Source: Cirrosporium novae-zelandiae
Lineage: Eukaryota
DNA: 64,000 nt
Reading direction: 5' to 3'
Assembly (NCBI GenBank): GCA_026023565.1
Contig: JAPETS010000038.1
Span: 186,001-250,000, forward strand
Both the position numbers and the translations under genes were made by a program. The notes beneath the pieces were generated by a model, which had not been told where the DNA came from, did no database searches, and saw only the letters and a program-made list of their open reading frames with translations. This document shows positions 38,733 to 52,468 of the stretch, piece by piece; position 1 is the first letter of the stretch, and the number at the start of each line of letters is the position of its first letter.

Positions 38733-40282
38733 ATGGAAGACACCAGCGCTGAGCTAGAGTCATTTCGAAAACAATGGCGTGAAGAAGTTATAGCACGCAC
38801 AACCACCACTGGAAAGGGGAAGCAGCGGCAGCAAATCGTGTCTGGGGCAGGTTCTTCGTCTTCATCTAAAAAGACAAGAACTAAGTCGACATCAATACCA
38901 TTGCCCTACTCATCAACGATCAAAAATGAAGACGAAGATGGATCCGGGCCCGAGGGCTATGACAACATTGAAGAGAAGAATCAGATGCAGGAAGGGCAAA
39001 CTAGTAGTTCTACATCCCCTTTAGCAAAGAGCAAAGAGCCGCAGACTGCACTGGAGCATTACGAAAAGGCGGTAGAACGAGAGGCCCAGGGACAACTTGG
39101 CGACAGCCTCAACTTCTACCGCAAAGCCTTTAGGGTTAGTAGCTATCTCCGATAAGCAAATGTTTAGAGCGGAAGCTGATGATCTGGTTCTAGCTTGACG
39201 ATCGAGTCGACAGAGCGTACAAGAATAAACATTTCCCACCAACGGCCGTCTCAAAACCTACAAATCTGAATCCGTCCAATGCACCTGCTACCGTACCTAA
39301 TACCGCCCATCACTCATTATATGGTCCTGATCCATCCCTATCAGCTCTCATTGGAAGTTTCTCAGGACTAGCAATTGAGAGCGTGCCTCCTCCGACAGAA
39401 GCTTCTCCCCCACCACCGTGTCCAATATCTACAATTCCAACCGAAATACTAGTTCATATCCTTGAGCAACTCGCTATAACTGATGTTGCGTCTTTCGTTC
39501 GCCTTGCGCAAGTATGTAAACGATTTGCCTACCTCGTTATGACAGAAGACTCAATCTGGAAGCGGCTTTGTTGCGGCTCTGAATTTGGATTTGCGGCTAT
39601 GCATTATAAATTTGCATGCAGTATTTCTAGCGACACTTCATATTTTGATACCTCAATAGATGAATATGATACAGTCGAGCCTTTGAAGGGGCTTCCTACA
39701 CCAGCCACGCTTCAACTTTTACAGAAGGACCATCATTTGCTCTGGTCCCATATGTTTTGCACGAGGCCTCGTATACGGTTTAATGGTTGCTATATCAGCA
39801 CGGTCAATTATACTCGACCAGGCGCTTCATCCCCCACCCAAGTTTCCTGGAACACGCCCGTGCATATTGTGACCTACTATCGTTACTTGCGATTTTTCCG
39901 TGATGGTAGCGTCATCTCGCTTCTTACTACTTCTGAGCCGATTGAGGTTGTGTCCTTGCTCACTAAGGAGCAACTTCGATCTACGGTTCCCAGCGTTATG
40001 CAATACGCACTGCGCGGGCGCTGGCGCCTAAGTAGTGTTGAAGAAGGTGGTGAAGGCGATATCCACATTGAGACAGAAGGAGTTGATGCAAAATATACGT
40101 ATAAAATGCATCTAGCGCTGCGTAATTCCAGCAGTCGCCCTGGTTCAACAAAGAATAATAAGATGCTCTGGCGTGGGTTCTGGAGCTACAATCGATTAAC
40201 AGATGATTGGGCAGAATTTGGGCTCAGAAATGATAGAGCGTTCTTTTGGAGTCGGGTTAAAAGTTATGGGATGGGAGAGTAG
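38733..40282 (+). CDS. HRT3: F-box protein Hrt3/Pof7 (FBXO9 family); exons 38733-39134, 39194-40282
   Basis: ELESFRKQWREEV, YEKAVEREAQGQLGDSLNFYRKAFR|LD, F-box ISTIPTEILVHIL, and RPRIRFNGCYIS..VTYYRYLRFFRDG. Confidence 0.9.
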
Positions 40283-40862
40283 ATGGTAAGGGAGATTGTC
40301 TAATAGCAAGGACAAAACTAGAGCGGAATATATACGAGGTTTCTCGTTCCTCTAGGTCAGAGGGGTTAAATATAAATACGGGAATCCGTCTATTAACGTA
40401 GGGTTCTTGTGATTTTTTGGTTTCGTTGGTTCGTAACGGCCGATTTCGTCATTCTGTCATTTACTTTTGGGTTCGTTGGGTGTTTTATGCTTGGGGGCCA
40501 TTTTCTTCAAACTAGACAAGATTTGTACAGTGATAGACATCTATGCTCAATAGTTTTAATAATGATGAAATGATTGTTACACCGTTTGACTGTGTATCTT
40601 CAAAAACCTGCTTGTAGCCAATCAGACCAACACTTTTCGACAGTTACGTGCCAAGCCAGGGGCCAAACTTAGGGTCGACCACAGACCACTACTTTGATTA
40701 GGGCCACGGGGTCCAACTGTCAGGTAGCTGTTCTTATAGAAGTTTCTCTGGCCTCCAATTCGAATTCTTTTCCTATTTCCATAAAGTAGAAGGGTATCGC
40801 CTTGATATTGTTATTATTCCCACACACAACATTCTTAAATTTCCGCTATTGAACCCTTCAAA

Positions 40863-42234
40863 ATGCTTCAGATTCCTACGAGGCAAAAGACCAATGGAAA
40901 TGTGGCCCAAACCAAGGCCGTGATTCTGGTACGTAAGAAGCTCATCTATCCTGAATTGAGGCTGACTCTGTTTACCCAAGGTTGGTGGACCTTCTAGAGG
41001 TACCAGGTTTCGGCCACTGTCCCTCGATGTTCCAAAACCGTTGTTCGATGTTGCCGGTCACCCTATTATCTGGCACTGTCTACAAGCTGTGAACAAAGTC
41101 CCTAGCATTCATGAAGTCTACCTGGTTGGATACTATGACGAGACAGTCTTCAGAGACTTCATTAAAGAAGCTCACCATGAGTTTCCAAACCTCAAACTGC
41201 AGTACCTTCGTGAATATCAAGCTTTAGGAACTGCTGGTGGTCTCTACCATTTCCGAGATGCCATTCTTCGAGGCCATCCTGACCGCTTCTTTGTCCTCAA
41301 TGCTGATGTCTGCTGCTCGTTCCCATTGACGCAAATGCTTGACCTTTTCGATGAGAAGAACGCAGATGCAGTGCTCTTAGGTACTCGAGTTCCCAACGAT
41401 GTAGCTACCAATTTCGGCTGTATTGTTCTAGACCCTGAGACAAAGCGTGTGTTACATTATGTTGAAAAGCCCGAATCTCATATCTCCAACCTTATCAACT
41501 GCGGTGTCTATTTGTTCTCGGTTGAATGCATTTTCCCCTCTATCCGTACCGCCATCAATCGCCGCATTGAACGCCCCCGCCTAGTATCATACCCCTCATC
41601 CGAAAATCTTGAGACGACAATCATAGGAGATGACGAGGATGCTGAAAAGAGCGAGGTCCTTCGCCTTGAACAGGATATTCTCTCAGACCTTGCAGACAGC
41701 AGAAACTTCTTCGTCCATGAAACCAAAGACTTTTGGCGCCAAATCAAAACTGCCGGCTCTGCTGTCCCCGCAAATGCCTTATATCTACAAAAGGCCTTCC
41801 AATCACATCCCGAGGAACTAACTCCACCTTCGGCTAATATTATTCCCCCGGTGTTTATCCACCCTACCGCAAATGTTGACCCGACCGCCAAGCTTGGGCC
41901 AAATGTTTCCATTGGGGCACGGGCCCATGTTGGAGCTGGAGCCAGAGTTAAGGAATCAATTGTGCTCGAGGATGCTGAGATTAGACATGATGCCTGCGTT
42001 CTATATTCTATCATTGGATGGAGTAGCAGAGTCGGTTCATGGGCAAGAGTCGAGGGAACACCTACACCTGTAGGGAGTCAAACCACATCCATTATAAAGA
42101 ATGGTGTCAAGGTTCAGGCAATCACTATTTTGGGGAAAGATTGCCACGTGGGAGACGAAGTCAGAGTACAGAATTGTGTCTGCTTGCCCTACAAGGAGTT
42201 GAAAAGGGATGTTGCAAACGAAGTTATCATGTGA
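40863..42234 (+). CDS. Mannose-1-phosphate guanylyltransferase, alpha/GMPPA-like subunit; exons 40863-40928, 40981-42234
   Basis: KAVIL|VGGPSRGTRFRPLSLDVPKPLF (GMPPA-type insertion), LGTAGGLYHFRD, HYVEKP, C-terminal hexapeptide left-handed beta-helix. Confidence 0.93.
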
Positions 42235-42745
42235 TATGGATGAATCATTTCTTAGCTAGACTTTGCTACTGAAAAGCCCCTTATGTGTATGTTCCTAGTA
42301 TTGGCGTCTTTACTGAGATTTCGAGACAACCATGGGATTTTCTTTCAACTTGAAATAAAATAAAAGGAATTGTAGCATGCGATATGATCGCATGACGTTC
42401 ATGGTACTGTACATGATTTGGAACATAATGATAGCTCAATCTCATTTTTCGATATGTTTTAATTTCGGATATTTCTCTTAGCTAGTCCAACTACCTAGGT
42501 ATATTAGCTGGTGTAGCAATGGTCATGTAGTCTCGGTAGCACAGCATTTCGTATTTTAATGTATTAAATACCACAAAACGAGGCGTGCGATGGTCAGTAT
42601 TATAAGAATCTGATAATGTTTCGGCCGAGAGATTATGACATAGGACGCGCAGACCAGTGAAGCCTACAAACACTTCTCATAAAATTATATTCTCTTTTTC
42701 TTTCAAGATTTAGTTCTCTCAAGTCATCCCAGTCACATAGCAAAG

Positions 42746-43650
42746 ATGGCTACATACGAAAGTATCTCCCCCATTTCTTTTGTAGCGCATTCATCTAGAA
42801 GAAAGTCAGATCTAAGTGATGCCCTGGCGCAAAAGCAAGCCCATCTTCAAAGCCCTCTGAAGATAATTTTGCGTGCTCAAACCCTCACATAGTCCTTGCG
42901 ATTTGTTTGATCATACATAACACAAAAACTAACCCTCTACTAGTCGAACACTCCATCTCCACTCAACCCACCTCTCAGCCGCGTCCCAATCGCTTCGATT
43001 TCACCGACTTCTTCTCCACCATTGATTCAGTTGATACCAGAACTTCCCATACAAATCCCCATGCTCTTCCCACTCCCCCAGATGTCTCAGGAGTCTTCCG
43101 ATCGCTCGCCGAGTCTTTTGAGAGATATCGACTAGCGCGGGAGCGCGAGGGACAGGAGGAGGGCCACTCGGAAGAACCACCAGCATTATTGACAGATCTG
43201 ATAAGCCAGTTGCTTAATGAGGCAGACATGCCGCCGAAGGAGGTCAAGGGTGTTCCCGATGGATACATGGATGGTGAGATATTCTCCGGCTTCTATTGGA
43301 GGGATGGGTTGGCTGAATTGGTTTTTAGAACTTGAACGGGTGGATAAGAAAAGTTTGAAGAAAGATGATACTTGCCCCATTTGTGGTATTGCTTTTCTTG
43401 ATGGTACACTCCTTCTCTAGCCTCATTGATTAAGTATCCGACTAAGCCCCCGCTTCCAGACCCATACCCCCTTGTTGTATGCCTCCCTTGCCATCCAGCC
43501 CACAGGTTCGATCTTGATTGCATAGCACCGTGGTTAAAACTACATGCTACATGCCCACTTGACCGAAAGAATCTGTTGAAAAAGAAGGAAATTCCTCCTC
43601 CAGCGGATGACGAGGAAGAAGAGGAGGATTATGACATGATGTTTGGATGA
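42746..43650 (+). CDS. Small RING-H2 finger protein; exons 42746-42761, 42944-43273, 43329-43403, 43460-43650
   Basis: Spliced MATYEIEHS...ELERVDKKSLKKDDTCPICGIAFLD|DPYPLVVCLPCHPAHRFDLDCIAPWLKLHATCPLDR; all junctions phase-consistent. Confidence 0.88.
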
Positions 43651-44117
43651 AATCAAGGAACATATGAATCCAATATTTCTCTATAGATTCGGGCGCCGAG
43701 GAGTTGGCATTGAAACAGAGACAGCAGAACTATTTTGTGCATAAGCGAGGGTTTCGAGTTCCACTGTGCATGGCGGGTATATACAGAGGTAGGTGCACCG
43801 AGCTCCAGGTATCGATGTTTCAAATTTTACTTGAACCTTTCAGAAGCATTTCAATTCATTTCCTAAAGCTACAGTCATCCTTCTACCAAATTTTCCCCTC
43901 GCCAAATCCATCGTCCCAATTCAGGTATTAGAGATGAAATTCATCCCAAAAATAATCGACCATTTATTCTAGAACACCTTGAATTATATCTCGCATCTTG
44001 TCCATCTATCAATCAAATATACCATTCTCTATCCTTGCGTTCCAATTGTGGATTAGCCCATCCTTTCATGCGCACCTATTTCGTTCTAAACATTATTCAT
44101 CATATCACTCGATTATC

Positions 44118-45464
44118 TTAATTATGATATCCGATGCGACTTAAATCATGCCGTAATTTCTGTAGGTCATTTGGAGCTGAGCATTGACCCCTAGCATTAT
44201 GCCCTGTTGGTGAGGGATGGGATGCAAGATATGATGCAAAATCTTCCTCTCGTTTGGTGGATAGACTGTTTGTTGTGCCCAAGTTATGCGCTTGTGAATG
44301 TTGATTAGACGTCTGTGCACCATTGGTACCATTCTGAGGTCTCGTGTTGTAGTCAGAGAGTGCTGCAATCGAATTATCAATCTGCGCCTGTTGATTTGTC
44401 ACTTGGGATGTATGAACTTGTTGAGGCTGAGATATCATGTTGTGTTGGTTGGATGGTGTATGAGATTGGACTTTTCTGCTAGTGACTGATGCTTTCAACC
44501 ATGCTTTCGAATATGTTGAGTATGGTGATGTTAAGACCCAGTTTTCAGGAGCGGTATGTGTACCATCGAAAGAGCCGGTGATAGCTGGTGTTTGATTATG
44601 ATGAGATGTAGCGTTTTTTGTGGATAACTCATATGCTGGCCCATAAGAGGGTGGTGCGAGCCTAGAATTCCGATTCTCAATAGATGGCCCTTCTGTGGCG
44701 AAGGATATGGCAGTATTATCTTGTCTTTCCATTGCAAGCTTTCTTCTTTTTGCTCGTCGCTGTGGGGGTTTATCTGTCGCACCTCGAGGCTCTGCAGTAT
44801 CTTCGACGACTTGTTCAATACCTCTCTTTGCCTTTCTTCTCCTATTTGGGCAGGACCCATTCCCGCGCGCCTCCAAAGCCTTCACCTGCGCCCTAGTTAG
44901 ATCATGAAATTCTCTCGTCGAGTTTGCAGCCTTCATTGCATCCGTCATATCATCAGCTATCGCCTCTTCAAACCTCCCACTCGTCCCATGATGTTGCCAC
45001 GCAAGACACCGCGTCCTACGTCTCCATCTCAGCATCCCTTGTTGAATCGCATGCTGCGAAGGACGATTATCTTCTCCATTAACACTTGGCATCATTCGCG
45101 CCCGAATATCCCTAAGCCCAATCCGAGGATCCTGGCGAATTATGGCCTCGATACGGAATTCTTCAGCCCCATTGGACAGGGTGAAGTTGAGATTCACAAA
45201 ATCCCAAATGGGTTGAGAGTCTAGGTCGAGGACGAGACGACCGCTGTGGTGCATAAGTTGTACATTGTAGTTTGGGTCTTGTCTTGTGCCTTTCTTCCAT
45301 TGGAAGAGGATGCTGGGACGGTTTTGCCTAGCTGGGCCCCAGATAATCTGGTCGGGATGAAAAGCAGTTCCATGCAACTCTTGAGCAATGGTTCTCGGTG
45401 CGATATCTGCATCGATATCAATCAGACAATTCAAGTAAGCAAAACGGATGAACTTACTAAACAT
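44118..45464 (-). CDS. Hypothetical protein with NLS-like basic clusters; 5' end uncertain (possible upstream exons to about 45620)
   Basis: 448-codon ORF; ordered core LVLDLDSQPIWDF..EEFRIEAIIRQDPRIGLRDIRARM, then RRRKAKR, RRAKRRK and a Q/N/S-rich tail. Confidence 0.65.
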   Translation of the reverse strand: MFSKFIRFAYLNCLIDIDADIAPRTIAQELHGTAFHPDQIIWGPARQNRPSILFQWKKGTRQDPNYNVQLMHHSGRLVLDLDSQPIWDFVNLNFTLSNGAEEFRIEAIIRQDPRIGLRDIRARMMPSVNGEDNRPSQHAIQQGMLRWRRRTRCLAWQHHGTSGRFEEAIADDMTDAMKAANSTREFHDLTRAQVKALEARGNGSCPNRRRKAKRGIEQVVEDTAEPRGATDKPPQRRAKRRKLAMERQDNTAISFATEGPSIENRNSRLAPPSYGPAYELSTKNATSHHNQTPAITGSFDGTHTAPENWVLTSPYSTYSKAWLKASVTSRKVQSHTPSNQHNMISQPQQVHTSQVTNQQAQIDNSIAALSDYNTRPQNGTNGAQTSNQHSQAHNLGTTNSLSTKREEDFASYLASHPSPTGHNARGQCSAPNDLQKLRHDLSRIGYHN

Positions 45465-46977
45465 TCCTAGATAAGGCGGCCTATCTGCAATTGCATACAG
45501 ATAAATAGCATATTCTCCAAGAAAAGTCAGCCATCAGCCATCATCTCAATGCCACAGGCATCTTCCAGTCCCAAAAAGAACCTGTCGAATATAAATACTC
45601 ACCCTCAGTCCCATCTCCATGAACAAACTTCAAGTTTCCAGCCTCATCAGTGTGGACTCTCCCTTGTACCACCGGCACTATATATTATCAAAATCTCTTG
45701 TAAGCAAAGTATTTAACTATGAAAGGGGAAACGAGGTTTTCAGACTCTTCTGGACGCCTCCGCGGCGAGGCATTTTCGTGTTTAAATATGGGAACAAGAT
45801 GAGAGGTCACGCATGCGCTAGGGAGCTTCTAAACTCGGTTTGACAAGCGGCAGCTGGCTGGTTGATTTGTTGGTTGTCTCACGAGGACAGCTTCTGTGAT
45901 GTGGGTGTTGAATTATTCAATCATTCATTCATAGAGTCAGACACATGCACAATCTCTCAGGAAAACCGTCTTAACAAGCCGAAATCTGAGCGCCAAACCA
46001 AACCTCAGAATAAACACCTCTTAAGAGAGTAATAACAATAACAGCCTCCTCTCCTCGACTCACGTCAAGTCAACTCAAGTCAGCTCAACTCAACTCCAAA
46101 GCATCAAAGGATTAAATCGTCCTTTCTTGCTTGCCAGCAGTGTTTGTGTCAGTTTATCACTAATCACCGAAGTTAAAGAAGAAGAAAGGAGTTAAGAAGT
46201 CCAGACGAAACTGAACCTAGAAATAGGCCAGCGGGCAGATGGTAGTTCTTTCGCTCGAAGTGTTGTTGTTAATGTTGTTGGTATTGGAATTACGGAGTAG
46301 GTTTTCTTCGTCTTCTTCCTTTTCTTTGAGGCCTCCGAGTGCCAGGAGGGGGGGAGAGGGAGGCAGGGGAGTTGTAAGCACACTGCTGCTGCTGCTGCTA
46401 ATGATGTTATTGCCACATAGAAGGATGGATGGAAGGATGCGGTCCCTTTGGTGGTGTTGATGTTGGGATGAAAGAAAGCAAGGTAATGGCTAGGAAACGC
46501 AGACTTGGAACTTGGAATTTGCCACCCTAGAGGTTCCATTTCCATTTCGAATTTGTTTTGTTTGATTTGCATAGGAACTACTACTCCCCTCTCCTTAACC
46601 CCCCTCGACGGAAATAGGTATTGGTAGGTAGGTAGGTAACCATGGGAGATTTATTGTTTGTTTATCCATCTACTCAGCCTCTTCCTCCGCTTCCTCCTAC
46701 TATTACAACGACAACTACTACTATTACAGTAATACTACAACTTGACAAATCTACGAATCTTGACACCAACCTCGTCCTCAACCCCAACCCTCTACCCGAA
46801 TCAAGCTCCACATATAAGTATAAATCCACCCTCAAGCTCAAGCTCAAGCTTTAGGAAATGCTATTTCGCATTTGACGTTCTACACCACCACCAATATATC
46901 CCCCTCAGCTCGAATAATACACCATGATACGACATACATGACATGATATGATATGATATCCATATCCATATTCATAC

Positions 46978-47055
46978 CTCTTCTTCTTCTTCTTCTTCTT
47001 CTTCTTCTTCTTCTTCTTCTTCTTCTTCTTCTTCTTCTTCTTCTTCTTCTTCTTC
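46978..47055. repeat. Long (CTT)n/(AAG)n trinucleotide microsatellite, about 25 units
   Basis: Direct read; causes the poly-R and poly-L ORFs. Confidence 0.95.
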
Positions 47056-49430
47056 CTCCTCCTCCCTCACCTCTACGTCCACGTCCCATCCCATGCCCTT
47101 CTAACACAACCATACAAAAACGTCAAAATAAATAAATCAATACGACAAGCATACAAAGGTTAAAACGGACTAAAATGGAAAAAAGGGGGGAGTAATGGGG
47201 AAAATAATGGGAGGGGGGGTGAGGTTGTTGTTGTGGTGGGTCTATTTATGTACGAGCCATGAGCCATGAGCCATGAGCTATGAGCTACAGTACGGTGTCA
47301 TGCTATGTTATGCCATACTATACCATGTTATGCCGTCTATTCATTCGTCCGTCCGTCCGTGTGGTTTATATTATACCAGGGCGCGGGGAGTAGATGCCTA
47401 GATAAACACGATGTGCGGCATGCGATATACAAGAGGTAGAGTAGGTATAAAGATACAGTATAATGTATACAGTATATTATAGGAGGTATCTAGGCAGGTA
47501 GGTAGTTGTACACAGGTATAGGGATAAGCATAGGGATGGGGATGAGGATAGGGATAGAAATGGAAAATGAGAATAGGTGAACAGATAGCTAAACAATTTT
47601 ATATAATATCATCATTATTATTACTATTATTATCTCTAGCTCATTTGTTATTCCCCTCTTCTCTTTTCCTTCTTCTTTTTTTCCTTTTTTTCTTTTTCTT
47701 CTCTCTTTTTTGTTACAAAGGCCAAGCCAACACTCCATCCAACACTCCATCCAACACTCTTAATGAGCTAACTAAAGGGAAAAAAAAAAGGGAAAAAAGG
47801 GGATGTAAGATGTAGGATGGATATTCTATTACGTTACAGTATGTTATTTGAGATGGATATGGATATGGATATGGATATGGATATGGGATACCCCAAGTGT
47901 TTAAGTTAAGATGTATATACACACAGACATCTAGAACGATGTGACATCTTCCTAAACATATATATCCATCTATTACCAAGTATATATATATATATTCGAA
48001 AAAAAAAAAACCTATATTTCCACCTACTTACTTACTTAAATCCAGAGCATTTATTCCTCCTTCCTCCTTCCTCCTTCCTCTTATTCTTCCTTCTTTCTCC
48101 GTTCCATCTACCCCCCATCCAAAATATCCCTACATCATTTTTACTATTTCATTTAGTATGTATAATGGCGAGGATCCCTATCCTATCCTATCCTATCCTT
48201 TTGCAAAGAACTTTTTCCTTTTTTTTGGAGGAGGAGGAGGAGGGGCTTGAGGGTTGAAAAGATTCTTTGAGGAATGGGCTGGGGGGGGAGGAAGATTTTT
48301 TGTTGGTGGTTTGGTTGAGGGTTATTGAGTTGTTGGTTCAGTTTCTCTCTCCTCAGAAGGACGAAGGAAGGAGGAGGGGAAAGGGGAATTATTTATCTTC
48401 GTAGGTAACCCAAGCAAGGAGAACAAAAAAAATTTTATTTACATGTCTCTCTTTTTTTTTTTTTTTTTTAGAGTGGAGAGGAGGGGAGAGGGGGGGGGGA
48501 ATAGATAGGTGTGTATGATTTCTCATCCCTTTTTCTCTCTTAATCTCTTTTACCCATTCATATTTATCCATTTATCCCTTCACATAGGCATTAGTGCACC
48601 CCCATAGTAGAAAGTAATAAATAGTTAAAACATACCATGTTTCTCCTCCTCCTCCTCCTCCTCCTCCAACACACCCTCCTACACACTCACAGTATCTTAG
48701 TGAAACTCATTTTAAAAAGGGACGAAAATTAGAAAATTAAAAATATGAAAAAAGGGGGTATGGATATAAAAGTAGGAGAGTAAAGATGAATGGATGGATG
48801 GATGGATATATAAACCAAACCAAACCAATCAATCAATTCGAAAAAAAAAAGAAAAGAAAAGGAAAGAAAAGTATTACGGTGCGCAGCTAGGTTATATTAT
48901 CTTAACACTAGGTATCCATCCGCTCTCAAGCAGCGTAGCGGATATATCTATCCTATTCTATCCCACATCCTTTTGGCTGGCTTTAGTTGTAAGTTATAGT
49001 TAGGGTAAAGAGAGTGTGTGTTGGGCTTGCTTGCCTTTCTAACAATTACTGTTCTAGAAAGCTGTGTATATATATATATGTATATCCCCTCTAAACGCTT
49101 TCCTGTGGCCTTTAATGCTGGAATCCGCATATATATAGATGTATACATAATTAATCATTCCCATATTAATTTCACATCCTCGTTCTATAAGTTCGCCTAA
49201 TCGTTAATTTTCATTCGATCCGTTGGGTATTTCTATCAAAACAAGACAAAAAAACAACCAGGTTTTTCTTAAATTTCAAAAAATGCTGTGGAAGAAAGAA
49301 TTAACACACGAACAAGAGGCCTGCCCCCTCTTCCAATATCATTCAAAAATCCCTTCCAATTCCATATATTCCATATTTCCATTTCCAAATCCATTCCATC
49401 TACCACCTTCATCTTCTTATTATAGATATA

Positions 49431-51183
49431 TTAATCTGTCCGTTTGACATACTCAGATGTGACAGTTACATCATTAGTGACCCTAACACCATCAGCCCTC
49501 AAAATCTCATCCTGGCTCCCATTCCTGCCCTCGATTCCTGCTATTGACCTACCGCTATCGGACCCGTGGTCGTCTTGGCGGTTGATGTTGTGGCTATCGG
49601 GGGACTCGTGGTTGACCTCCACGCGCACGAGGCCGTAATTTTCGGGGCCGTATAGACCGTTCATTTCGTCCTCGAAGGCTTTGTTGGCGGAGTAGGGGGA
49701 GGCATGGATGTGGGTGTGGTTTCCTGTTTGGATCTTGACGTGGTTGTGGCTGCGGTTGCCGCTTCGGTTGGTGGGGTTGTTGCTGTTGCTCTTGTTGACG
49801 GCGTTGCTGGGGGTGCCGGAGTAGAAGATCGGGGTCGCGTTGCTTTTGGATGGGTGGTAGGGGGCGAAGAGGGCTTTGATGCTTGGTCCTGATACGCATA
49901 CGATGCCTAGATTGAGTTCGATAAAGGACCACATGTTTATAGGTGCGAGGTTGTAGAGCCGGTGGTTGGGGGATTCGGCTAGTTTGATCGTGTAGAGACG
50001 GATGCAGCTGGTGTGAGTGTTGGATGTTAGTGACGGTGGTTTTGTGAAATGGTTTGTGAGAGGTTTGGAGGTTACTGTACCTTGCTACTGTGGATATGGC
50101 ACCGGCTAAAAATACCGCTATCAGGAAAAGCTTTTCTTTCGTCGGACGGTTTATCTTCCACAAGGTTGGTATGGGTAAAGCGAATATCCAGAGATCGGTG
50201 ACAATCGTGAATATACCCATTGCTAGGGACATCTGTCAGCACACACCCAGGATTTTCGGCATGAGAGACGAGGGGTCCTTACCGTAAAAAAACGCTGTAA
50301 TGTTAATGCAAGTGCCATCACCACTCCCGGTCCAGTAGTAGGATATTGGACGACATTGGAGTGAGGCTGTGATTATTGTTGCGACAGAGAAGCACGTGAT
50401 AAATATCACGGTGCCAATTGTCAATTTGTAGAAGAGACCTCGCAGACCAGAGGCTATAAAATTGTTAGTCTAGGGAATACATAGACTTTTATACCGATGC
50501 CCATGGTAGGCCAAGTTGTACTTGATTAGATCTTGCTCCAAGTAATGAGTGAGTACCTAGGTATTCAATACGAATAGGAGCAGAGGTCTCGGTAAAGGGT
50601 TCGGATGGTGTTCAACTCACAGAGGCGGAGATACAATGCTAGAAGGGCCATTTTAATAAAATATATACCAACGAGGTAGGTAATTTCATTCTTATTTATT
50701 AATCATATTGTCTCATAAAGACGGAAGAGGAAGACCAACCCAAAAAATATACTGTCATCACATTAATTTTCTGTATCTCGGTGACAATTAATAGAAGACC
50801 ATGAATACATACTTGCATAGCATGAACGATTATCTCGTTACTCGCGTCTATATAATCACCCTCTCTATAATGAAGTGCCATGATGGTGGTGGCGGTAAAT
50901 CCTACAGAAAAGGCCTAATTGGGTTACTAGACCAACCATGTGATAGAGGTAGTGATTGTATATACACTGGCAATAAATACCCAGAGATCATCGTAGCCAA
51001 TGCGACGGGTCCTGAATGTCAAGGCGGCTATGCGGAGTATTACGGCAAGCGCTTGATTGATATACATTAGAAATAGAGAGACGGGTGGCGGGGATCCAAA
51101 AACGTACTTGAAAGAGTCGCAAAAACACCCGTAACTGCAATGAGGGCCATCCGATGGTCGGCATGAGAGGACTCGGTAGACAT
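49431..51183 (-). CDS. PTH11-like integral membrane protein (fungal rhodopsin-like GPCR, no CFEM); about 8 exons
   Basis: Spliced LAVILRI..IGYDDLW, IKMALLALYLRL, LQCRPISYYW..GTCIN, TDLWIFALPIPTLWKI..EK, SCIRL, WSFIELNLGIVCVSGPSIKALF: the PTH11-family motifs in order. Confidence 0.88.
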
Positions 51184-52344
51184 CTTCGCAAGAGATGGCA
51201 TTTAAAATCCGGTAGTAAAGTCAAAGAGAACTGACAGGACGTTTGGCTGCCGGTCAGAAAAAAAGGAATGTAATCAACAGCGACTCCATTGGGGGGAAAG
51301 AAGCCGGTAGGAGTTTCTAAGGAGTGTAATATACTATTGATGATGAATGCTTCCATGGTTTTGTTTAGCTTTATGAAATGTTAAGCTAACAAGTATCAAA
51401 GGGTATCAGAGGGTCAGAGGGTATCAAAGGAAAATGGAGCTATGTGCTAACTATCTAAATTCTAGATAGTTAGTGTTTTGAGTTCGTCATTGCATTGGCG
51501 TGTTCTTTTCTATATATTGGACGGATCAGTTGTTGTCGATCCCCCGCGAGGATTCTACATTTCATACCTCCTGGTGGATATGGGAAATCTAGGAAGTGCA
51601 TGACAATAAAGTTGACGGGGGAGGGGGATGGGAAGTTAGTTTACCCTTTCATCTTTCAACCTTTTTGAAGCCAAGGGACGACAAGGGACCAAAGCGTAAC
51701 TAGACAGCCACGAGTTTTGTTAGCATGTAGGGGAATGATGGGAATTATCTTGTGGAGTCGTAAGCCCTAGGGAGAGCAATGTAGATAATATGGTTTCATA
51801 GCCGAACTTGTGGCTGAGAAGGGACATGGTGTAGGAGGAAATAACAACGGCTGTCATGCCATGATATTAATTGACTACTCGAGTAGATGGCCTTATGTCC
51901 GAAGAGAAACAAGGATGGAGAAATAAAGGTGAGAGCCTATCGGGAAAGTATAAAAAAATCCCTGGAATTGAAATCCTTCGAGTCGTTGGAACTATTAAAC
52001 TCACTCATTAGTGAATACCTAGGTACTACAAGTAGCTGTTTATGTCAAGGTCGTTTAACTTCTGTCACCTCTCATCGTGCCATCCATCGTCTATATTTCC
52101 GCCTTTTCCGTCTTTTTCGACTTTCGCCTATTTCTCCTCTTTGGTCTTTTTCAAACCCACCAAGAAAAAGAAAAGGGTGACATGGTCTGTATTCTACCCA
52201 GGTACCTAGGTGCCTCGGTATTTACTCAAATAAAAGTTGTAAACTTTGGGGATATATGGTTTAAAATGCAACTTCTTTTGTTTCGTATGTTTTTTTGTCG
52301 CCTGGGTGTCCTGATTCAAAGGTTGTGTGCCAGCAAATCAGCTG

Positions 52345-52468
52345 AGGGAATACAGGGAATACAGGGAATACAGGGAATACAGGGAATATACTAATTATGT
52401 AGAGAAGGGGTAGACTTCCCAGTGGCCCCCCCCCAGTGGCCCCCCCCCCAGTGGCCCCCAGTGGCTCC
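52345..52468. repeat. 5 x AGGGAATAC followed by 4 x CAGTGG-Cn units
   Basis: Direct read at 52345-52390 and 52418-52468. Confidence 0.9.

Noticed and set aside
46880..47135. Poly-Arg and poly-Leu ORFs
   Set aside because: Translation of the (CTT)n microsatellite.
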